A DNA stretch of 64,000 nt from Thalia democratica. Lineage: Eukaryota. The translations under genes were made by a program, and so were the position numbers. Positions within the stretch are counted from its first letter, which is position 1, and each line of letters opens with the position of its first letter. The notes beneath the pieces are model-generated. The model saw only the letters and a program-made list of their open reading frames with translations. It searched no databases and was not told the DNA's origin. Below are positions 53,368 through 64,000 of the stretch, in pieces. The stretch covers positions 6,076,001 through 6,140,000 of the forward strand of contig OZ241832.1 in assembly GCA_965202585.1 (NCBI GenBank), in the 5' to 3' direction.

Positions 53368-56300
53368 AATGATATAAATATTACAATAAACATAAAAAGT
53401 AGTCATTAGTATCAATAAAGTATTGTGTACTTTTTATTTAATAGATCACAATAAAAGTTTTTGACTAAATAATAAGGAGAATAATCAGTTTAATATTTTA
53501 AATTTTATTAACAAAACAACTTTTACTCGTTTCAACTAAATCAAAGGAGACCAGGCAATAAAATATTACTAGTTGGTTACCATACATGCTTAAATAGAAG
53601 AATTTTATTAAAAAAACATGTTATTCATTATTCATTATGCATATGTTAGTAATGCCTGCATTATATGATACGTATATACTTCGCTAATAAAGTACAAAAC
53701 ATTTTAAAACTAAACAATATCTGATATTTACTATATGTCCATAACTTGTGGTAATATAAAATTCTAATTTATAACAAATGAGACCTCCCAAAATGATGAC
53801 GTAATAATCATGAATAAATAAAAATACCGAAATTTAATGAAAAAGACAGTAATTTGTTTGTTAGATTTTTTAAAATGGCCACGTTTTCTGAGTACAAATT
53901 AAGGTGTAAATGTACATTTTTATGAAGGAGAGCAAAATAGCTATATGAAAAAGTTTAGCTCACTGTCTATTCAAGTAACAATTAAAATTTTCCAACGATG
54001 CATTATGCTTGATAATAATAACGACTACAGTGAACAACTTAAATATTTTGTGGCTGAGATACCGGTTGCAAAAAACTAGAAAAAAAAAGAGTAAATTGTA
54101 TAAAGGCTTTATCTTTTTTAAACAACGTCAGAGTGAAATTAGTCCATTAAATCAACAGTCTTCACTTAACTTTGTTCTACATATACCAACAAAACTAAAA
54201 TATAGTTACGAACTAGACCTATATGTAAACAATAGAATTACTTTACAAGAAACCATAGAATTTTTTAAACAGCCATTAGAAAAAACCATAAAACATAATT
54301 TAATTTATGACAATAAATCCAATTTCAACTTTGTTGAACTTTTGTAAAACAAATCCTTAGTCAACACTATGTTTTAATTTATCCCAGAGCTTTGTTAAGC
54401 TTAAATATTTATAATTTAAATAATTTATTTTTAAACCAATACTTATCTAACGAAAAACGTCCACATAAAGTTTCTAATTATAGTAAATTATCTTGCCATG
54501 AATGCTGACGTTTTATTACTTTTAACGGAACATTTACTTAATTCTATTTCATATTAGTGATAAGCAGAAGACTTATCAATAGTCGAGAAGCTGATAAAAG
54601 GTTGACGATAAAAACATACTTAGTTAATATTATAAAATTTTTTAGGCATTGTTTGAGTAATGAACTTATATTTATACTAAAAGTTTAGTGCATAACATTT
54701 AGTTGAATAAATATATATTTTTTCATTTAAACTCAGTTTCAGTTAGTAAGATTTAACATATAAATTAACGGATAGATGTAATAAAATTAAAATATCAACA
54801 GGCAGAATTACATAAGGCCTAGAAGTGTACCTTACTTAAAATGCGTACTTTTCAGTTACATAGATAAATAAAAATGTCTTCATTATTTTTAAATATAAAG
54901 ATGCCAAACAAGCACAACAATCACAATTTTTTTATTAATAAACTTTTAAATATAAAACAACCAATTCATCATCAAAAATAAAACTAAGAATATTTATACA
55001 AACCGTGAAACTAGACTGAAAAACTCTCAAAGCTTTATACAATGCTGGAAGTATACTCGAACTGTAATTGTAATGTAAAAGTTTAATAAAAAATAATTAA
55101 AATATTAAGAAATAAGGTTGAAAACAGTTATACAAACCAGCGCAACAACGATAAAATACTAAAAGCTGATTGTAGCTTGAAAATTAGTTTTTTTTGAAAA
55201 TACTAAGAAAATCTACATACATCAAAGTTTTTATTTAAGAAATACTTTATATTCAAACTGAAGCAGTCTCAAAAAAAATAAACAAAGTTTATGTAGAAAA
55301 ACAAAAAGATTGAAAAGTGAACTTGAGAATCAATTGATCAATTTGATAGCTAAACTAAACTTTTGATCGTACTGAAATACATAAAGCCCAGAGACGTACC
55401 TTACTTTAAATGCGTAACTTACATTTTTAGATACCCTAACATTTTTACACAGATAATTAAAATGTCTTTATTATTTTAAAATATAAAAATTCCAAACAAG
55501 CACGAAACTTATATCTTGTTTTTAAAAATTAAAAAAAGTTAATTAAACAAGACGCTCATTGAAATCATACAAAACTGAGAAGACTTATACGAATCGTGAA
55601 ACTAGAATGAACTTTAAACAAGTACTGTTTGAGACATAAGGTGTAAATGTTCATAAAAACAACCACAACAACATAATAGTAAATAACAAAACACTAATGA
55701 CTTACTGTAGATCGAAGATTAGTATAATTTGAAAATATCAAGAGAATATTGTCTTTTGAATCTTTTATTGATGAGAAACAAAATATTAAGAGCTTAGCAG
55801 TAAGAAATGCTATGAAGAGTAGAACATTCATTGTGGAAACACTAAGTGTTGTTTGTAAATTTCTTTTAGGTTTTAAAAAACACGTTTTTTGGTCCATTTT
55901 TAGTTGGTCATTTAATTTAAGTAAAAAAATAGTCTTTAATGGCATAACAACATTGTAAATATACTGTAAAGGTACTCCTAGTGTGTTATACAATGAAATT
56001 ATATATTGGTGATACGAAAAAATTCGTTACTTTACATAAAATAAAAATAATGTTTTTATAAACTTTGGTTCGAACTGTTCTGGGTTTTTCCTGGGTTTTA
56101 GGTTTCAAAAAGTCGACAACATAGCTCTTTACAGGGGCTACAATCAATAATAAAAGTGATGAACCGAAAAAGTAAATGTGTAATCAACAGTAAGGAGTTT
56201 TTTGTTACTTGTGCCAAGTGGACATTTAAAAAAAAATTGTGAAACCTCGGAACTAAGAGCTTAATAAAAACTTAATCATAAAATTATAATCGCAGCTATT

Positions 56301-58231
56301 TTGACATACTTAAACTAATCAAAGCATATAAGAGTCCACCCTATTAGATTTAAAATCGAAAAAGCGAGTTTAATCTGAAATATAAATTTGTTAATTGAAT
56401 TAGTTAAGAAAGTAGTTTGACTGAATGGGTCATGACTTTGAATGAATAACGTATACGAAGCATTAACTTTGTTTTTGTCTAACAAATAACAAAGATAATG
56501 CAGTATCCCGACATGAAATATGACATGTTTAATTCAACCGAGAACTAAAAAAGTAAAAAATGAGAGTACTAACTATAAAAACCAAGTAAGTTCACAAACA
56601 AGTTTAAATATATCAAAAATAAAAGAACATTAGTCATTACTTTCCACATAAAAAATTGTAAAACAAAATATGTTTGTTTAAAGACTCAATAATTAAGAAA
56701 GGACCCACTGATTGTATATATTAAAAACAATTCACGTAGCTATAGAAAACGTAAACATAAACTGTATTTGTTTAACAATAGTAAAATTTTTATTACGAAA
56801 TGAACGGTTTAGTTAACAAATTAAAAAAAACTTAAGTATGACTAAAACCTGAAGTATTTATTGGTAACACGTTAACGTCTATAGTTAATATGTAAAGTTA
56901 TTCTGATTAACTTAAATTTATAGAAAAAATACTTAAAATAGAAAATTAAATGAAATTAACTAACTGCTGGACAAAGCAATCGTAAAACAGTTAAAAATCA
57001 TATATGTACTTGAAAAAAACAACTACTTTGTTTGATTTTAATATGCAAAGTTGCAACTTTAGAGAGTTAAACATTTCAGTTGGAACATTTGTTAACCTTT
57101 TATGACAAAATAGTTTGGCACAGATTTAGTCTGTTTATTAGTTTACTAAAAAAGTTTTTATGTACTTTGCATATCAAATTATAAGGTTCTGTCTAGATTA
57201 AGTATATTGTTTATAAAAATACGCAGTAACAAGTATAGTACATACACACATATAATTGAGCTGTTACTTGTTAAAACTAAATAATTTTTATATAGAAAGT
57301 TTTGTGTTTAAGTTTACCATTGCTATCTAAGCACTTTTAACTACTTGCAAAAGACAGTTTTTAAATATAACTTGCATATATCTATATGATAAATATTACT
57401 ACTACTAGAATAATTATTAAAAAACTTATAATCAATGAGAATACCGGATTATGACGCAAGAACGTAGTAAAATAAAGTAATTAATAAGTTCAAGGATTTG
57501 ACGTGGAAAAAAGCAGAAAACGAAAATACAATTGATGCAAATGATTTGTAAATTTACCTAATTTTATGTGGACAAGTTAAGACGTAAATTTTTAGTAGAA
57601 GTATTTAAAACAAGTGGCTCATGAGTAATATATATCTGTTATCTTTCATACAACTAAAGAGTGAAATTAGTCTGTTCTATCTAATAACTTCTAGTGAAAA
57701 TAAAGTTTGAAGTACTAGCACATTAACTCGGACGTAACTCATTAAAAAACTGGTAAATCTTAATATAATAGATGTTTTATCTTCAATTATTAGAAAGTTA
57801 TTTGCTTAAAAAGATAGTTTATAAACATAACTTAAGTTTATTTTACATAAGTAGCAATAACCTAAAAAATTATATAAAAAAAGAGACTGCCTCATTATGA
57901 CGCAACAATATAGTAAAACAAAATAAAAAAAATTAAGGATTTAATGTTGAAAAATAGCAGAAAAAGAAAAGTTCGTATAATTGATGCAAATGATTTTTTA
58001 AATTTCCTAACTTTAAGTGGACAAATTAAGAAGAAAACGTTTAATGTATAAGTAGCATAAATTTGAAACAAGTGGCTCATGAGTAATTTATATCTGTTAT
58101 CTTTCATACAACTTGATAGTTTAATAAGTATGTCATATGTTTTCGTTAAGTGAAAATTAAATTCAGTCATGTATTAGTCATGACTTAAAAGTACTAGCAC
58201 ATTTTCTCGTACATCCAAGTCATAACTAAAA

Positions 58232-58379
58232 TAGGTGCCGACCAGCAGAGTAACCGGGCCTAAAGGACAAGAATTAAAAAAAAACTAAGGGCAGGCCGGG
58301 AGATGACAGGTGCGAAGCACCGTGTCATCGACCGGCCGTAGCCCTTCGATGTTTTTTTTTAATTCTTGTCCGCTACCTA
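58232..58379 (+). other. Long fold-back hairpin, copy 3
   Basis: Identical (stem 58,265-58,371). Confidence 0.85.
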
Positions 58380-58784
58380 AAACTTACCAATCAAACTCAT
58401 CAATGTAAAACCACTCAGTTATTAATTGAAAAACTAAAACTGATATTACCGTCAGGCCTTTAATGGTTAAACACTAATAAGTTAGATCATATAAGCTCAA
58501 GGTTGTTTAAAAGATAACAGATAAAGACCGTACAAATATAACGCAAAAACGTACATTTGTTTGGCAGTTACGCTACTCACGGTCCATTTGACAGAAAAAG
58601 GTGGCCTCCAAAAAAAAAAGGCCGCGAAGAAAAAGAGAGAAGGAAAAAGTGAAAATTTTTTCGCCGGCGGAGCCGGCGAAATGCCTTAAAAAAATATTTT
58701 AAATAATCTACATCAAAAATTTCCCACCCATTTTCACATTAGGGGAATCCCCAATTTGAAAAAATGGGTGACAGGGCTTTGAAA

Positions 58785-58980
58785 TTTAGTGCGTACCTTA
58801 CGCGGATGCGTACTTCTTAAAAATTACCTTTATTTGTAACAGGGAATGTATATTTAAAAATCAGTGCGTACCTTACGCGGATGCGTACTTCTTAAAAATT
58901 ACCTTTACTTGTAACAGGGAAAGTATATTAAAAATTAGTGCGTACTTTATGCGGGTGCGTACCTCATGCGCTTAATATGG
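58785..58980 (+). repeat. ~75-bp direct repeats, copy 3
   Basis: Matches 35,041-35,235. Confidence 0.9.
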
Positions 58981-61900
58981 TTTAGATTGAAATGAAATTG
59001 ATTCAGCCATCAACCTCGTTAGTCACCTATTGTTTTACATATACATAGAAAACAGTTCATAGATATAACTGATCTACTTCTTAATGACAGAAAATGAACC
59101 AAATAAAATGATTACTATCAAAAACAGATTCTTTAAATGTTTACATGGACAAATCTATTTATATGATTGAACTGTGTTCTATGTACATTGAAACAATAGG
59201 CGCTTAACTTGCTTGTGTAAATTAACTTTACTTGGTAATCTTTTCAAAACAGTATAAACTTTATTTAATCAAAAATAAGTATGCACTTGAGATTTTGATT
59301 TAGATATTCTTGTCAAAAATTACATTTAAATTGTCACACACTTTTTATAGCTTTTATTAAATTCAATTTTATACTGTTCCTACTACAAGATATCATTCTA
59401 CTGTATTTTACATAATAACTTGACTAATTAACAAACAATTATCTCTTTATCAATTAAAAACATATGCTTTTTTATGCACTGTTACTAGAACTACTCACTG
59501 GTGTATTTTATTAACTTAATATTTTTACTAACAGACTTAAAATTAGACTGTCTAGTGCATTAATCATTGAACTCAGACAGCTTATTAAGTTTACATATAA
59601 ACTAAAGGTGTTTACTATTTTGAATTCATCAATACATTGTTACAAACTAAAACAATTAAACCATACTAATCTATGTGACAGATTTTCCTGTTATTCATTT
59701 CAAACTTTTTCAACTACTTGCATCTTAAATACTCTGCAGATAACATCATTTAAAACCTTTGTGTCTGTATTAACCTGATATAACAAATAACTTTTATACT
59801 ATTCCCAAAATTTAGTCTTAACACAAGTACATTGAGTTTTTAACCATATTTAATGTTGTTTCATTAGCATTAAACCTTTTAATCTTCTAACAAATGATCT
59901 ATCTTTGACACATACATAGAAAACAGTACAGCAAGTTTTTGATAAAAGCTTGTTAGTGCACTCATATGAACAAAAGAAATTGTTGATAGATAAAAGACTA
60001 GAAAGAAGTTATTGATAGAAGAACAAAAAAAAATTTAAACAAAAGTAAACTTCATACACATATGCACTAACAACCTTTAAATTTTGCTTGCTGTGAACTG
60101 CTTTGTAAGTGTGTGAATGCAAACTTAAAATTTGGAACATTTTTCCATTTTTTTTACTAAAAAACCTATTCCTGGTATGGTTTAATTGGTTTCTTTTGTA
60201 AACTATTCAATAAAACAGTTAGCTTTTGAAACTTATAGAGAAGTACTACAATTATGTTTTAAAATCGCTCTTGCTACTAATCTTACATGCACAGTTTAAA
60301 AAGAATAACAGCTTATTGCAAATGATTAATCTATTAATTTGTAAACTACATTAATACAATCTGAATTTAAATTTTATGCTGTAAATAAACTTCTACACTT
60401 AGCTTGCTGTCTATATGGGCTTCATTCATGAATATAATACATCTTTATACAATCTTATAAAATTAAACACAAGTGTTGCTACTTATTAATGATCTTATTT
60501 CCGTTTCAGTCTAATTTAAGTTTACTGTTAAGGTAGCCTATTAATTTTAGGAGAATGAAGCCCAAGTACAATAATATGTTTATGATATTTAACATTTGGT
60601 CATTATAAACCAAGGTTACCATTCTTTGAATAGAAAATGCTTGTCTGAATTATTTGTGTAAAATTTACAAAAAAAATGTTAACATATAAAAGCTTAACAA
60701 GTTTAAAGTTATTCAGGCCTGAGTACTCAAAGATTTACAATGCTAACAAAGGGTCTCAATTTAGAAACAAAAATTTAATGACAACAAAGGGTTTAAAGTT
60801 TACTTATTTTTACTACTGAATACCTAACTAGTCTGGTTGGTAACCCTGGCGAAAACAATTAGTTAATTCTAGGACTATTTTATCTAATACAACAAACTAA
60901 CCTAAACAACTGCTACTGAAGTAGGTACTCCCCATCCAATTGGAACCATGTTCAAAATTATGTAATCCATTTATAAAACTTAGCATGAAGGAAAAAATCA
61001 CAGTTACAACTTATAAAGATACAACCTTTGAAACAAACTGAGAAGTTTTACGACTTTGCAAAGGCTTAGAGAACTTTTTTTTTAGCTCAGCTTACTTTAC
61101 AATGATGTTTCAATCTTAACTTTTGGCAAAAATTATACAGATTGCAAGAGATGCTAGTTTTTAAAGCCTCTTGGTTTCATTCTAGCATCATGTAAGTGCA
61201 TTCAGACTAATTGACTGTTCTGAACATGTCATGCTAGTTTGTAGTAAAAATTTTCACAAACTTTAGACTAAAGACTGTTTTTGTGACTAAGATTGTTTCA
61301 TTCATATGCTTAATGAAAAATAAAAATATAAAATTAAGAGCTTTGTCAAAGGTTTTGCAAAAGATGAATAATATTTATTATCAACAAATACTTCAAAGAC
61401 AGTTGATTCTTAACTAGATCAACACACTTCTTAAACTTAATCAGAAAGTATAAAGAAATTAATGTTTTAGAAGATAAAATGAAAAACAACCATCAATTAT
61501 AAGATTTGTATTAAACAATATTGACAGTTAATAGATGTGAAGTACTTTGTTTAGTGTACTCAAACTGCACAATGAAAGAAAGAAAGAAAAATTAAGTCCA
61601 GAGCCTAGAGCTCCTTCTTCTACAACTACTTTTATCAAATGAGTTTGCCCAGGCAAAAATTTTTTCTACAAAATGTTATCTTGTTGTGATGTCACATTAA
61701 AATGTAAGATTTTCCAGAATTCTTAAAAAACTACAAATCGAAACACTATCTGAGCATAGCAGAGCGATTTTTGACATTTTCGAACACAACGTATTATTTA
61801 TTTGACGTAGTGCTAAACATTACTTTTTTTTATCATTTGTAAAAGCTAAAATTACTTGTTTACATTGTTTAAACCTTATTTTAGTTTGACGATTCTTTTA

Positions 61901-64000
61901 TTTATTCTTTTTATAGTTTTTTTTTCTTAAGTTTTAGTTTTTTTACCGTATAAGTGATACTTGGTTAAACATATTAGTTAGAATTGAAGTTAAAAAAATC
62001 AATATGCTCATATAAACTACAATCGACAACATTTAAATAGTATATAAAACAAGTATTTAACTCTAAATTACACAAAACTGCTTTTAATTTATTTTAAAAT
62101 TGTTTATCACTTAATAATTTGTTCAAGATGAATTATGTGTATTTTAGAAACCTTTATACATCAGTTTATAGCACTACATTTAAAGCTTTGTAAACTCATT
62201 TTAGTTATAATTTAATTTAAAACGTTTTGCCATGTTTGCCAAAAACTACAGAGTTTTTGTAGTCATTGATTTAACAACTTGTTCAACTTTAAATTTGAAG
62301 CAAATAGATAAAAAACCAAAATGTACATAGTGAATGAACGCTTAACAAAGACACTGTAATAATAACATATATGAATGACTGAAAAAACTCTGCTTTTATT
62401 GGTTGTAGCAAAAAAATCCATATGTCACAACATGAAAAAAAAAAAACAGTTTAATAATCTATGATTCACTGTTTGTTCACTGTTTTGAACCTTACATGTT
62501 AAATAAAAGCTGATCATGCCATTTCAATGTTTTATGCTTTTTTACTATGAAATATAAAGATATCCTTACTTAAATACAACCTTTATTGTATTAAGATGTT
62601 TTACTTGTTTTCAAATAAACAAGCAATAGGTAAGATGTCAAGTGTATTCACTGACTTGATTTCTTTTTTGTCTTAAGTACTAATTTATTACACTAGCATT
62701 AAATGTAATACTGTTTTTTTGTTTTAATTTACTAAATAAATAATGACACATAAATCATTGATAAGTTCCTGAAACAACTTAAACTAATGATCTCAACATA
62801 CAACTTTGTTTTTTTTACATTTGAAAACAGTATAGTCTTAAGTTAAAATTATAATGTTACAATGAAAATATGATCAACTGTTGTTATAATTGAACAATGA
62901 GTTTCAAGCAGTTTTAAGCCACAAGGAAGATGGTAGCAAAACTGATCAGTTTGAATTTTCTACAAGTAAGTTAAATGTTTTATTTAACTAACAGATTAAT
63001 AATTACTAAACAAGTTTTTCAATAGACTGCTGTAAAATATTCTCATGTAGCTAGAATAAGTTATATCTTAAAACTTTTATATTTTTGGAAAGTTTTAATT
63101 GTGTTCTTTTTTATAACTTCCAACAATAGACTAAAGTAGTAGTTGAAAAATTTGAAAAATTAAATTTTTCAAATGTTTTTATATCAAATAATGTGTTCTA
63201 AAACCAAATCGAAAGACCAAAGCCATCTTGGAAGATTGGAAGTTGAACTGAAGGACAATTTATAAAATGATCAACTCAATAAATAGAGTTTACATAATAT
63301 GAACAGAACTTTTTTCATTTATTTATAAGCAGTAGGCTAGTATTTATTTTTCATCTCAGTAGGTATTTGTATGTTTTTGAGTGTTTTAATTGGATCAGTC
63401 TAGTTTATAGAAAGTTTTACTATGTTTTATTTTCTCTGTTTATAGTTTGTTAGTGTATCAGTAAACAATTTCATTCAATAGTCTACATTTCATCTGTGTA
63501 AATAAAATTATTAGTTTCTATATAAATTTTTGCTAGAGAAAAAGAAAGATAAATATATAAATCATAAGCTGAAATTACTGATAAAATTTCAAACTAGTAA
63601 TAGGTTGACTTATTTTATGATTACTATTGTTTTTTATTTTTTAATTTAATTTTTATTTATTAACCATTACAAGTGTTTCTTTGTGACTGTTTATTTTATT
63701 ATTTAGTTTTAGTTAAACTCCTATATTTAGATATCTACACAAACTTGAAAATAACTGATAGTTTGATTTGAAAGGATATATTTATTTTATATTTTTTATT
63801 TAGTTTAAGGCAAAAACTCTTTTGCTTTTATTGAATACAGCTTTGTTTTTTTTTTTTAATATTGCAGTTTGCTTTTAAAAGCTTTTAAAATTTAAACTTA
63901 GTTTCTAGAAAAAAAACAATATTCTATAACTTAACTTTTGATAACAGTAAAAAAACAACCTTAGAAACTTTGGATTAAGCTTAAGTTATTAAATTAAAAT

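Larger units (their letters stand above)
41564..64000. repeat. Recent ~23.7-kb tandem repeat unit, copy B (runs off the window end)
   Basis: Direct continuation of copy A in the same orientation. For example, ggtgccgacc at 34,491 recurs at 58,234 (offset 23,743). Confidence 0.95.

Overview
This is very AT-rich eukaryotic DNA with spliceosomal GT-AG signals and no rRNA, tRNA, CRISPR or intact long ORF. An invertebrate animal is likely; a Hydra-like cnidarian would fit, but that is inference. The window is a head-to-tail array of a ~22-24 kb unit. A near-identical tandem pair spans ~17,830-41,563 and 41,564-64,000 (offset 23,734-23,756 bp). An older copy with large indels lies at ~3,608-17,829, and a still more diverged remnant at ~958-1,335. 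Contents of the recent unit: (i) a minimal type I hammerhead ribozyme on the minus strand inside a ~420-bp element with interleaved inverted repeats; (ii) the last two exons of an unidentified spliced minus-strand gene; (iii) a disabled PARP-like ADP-ribosyltransferase domain; (iv) a disabled BTB-BACK-Kelch fragment; (v) many degenerate plus-strand coding-like modules of an unassigned family; (vi) small MITE-like insertions; (vii) an unusually conserved GC-rich ~750-bp cassette with long hairpins capped by GCG(N)AGC DNA mini-hairpin loops and ~75-bp direct repeats. Most entries in the ORF track are short AT-rich noise or antisense to these relics. All identity estimates are by eye; no alignment or database search was run.
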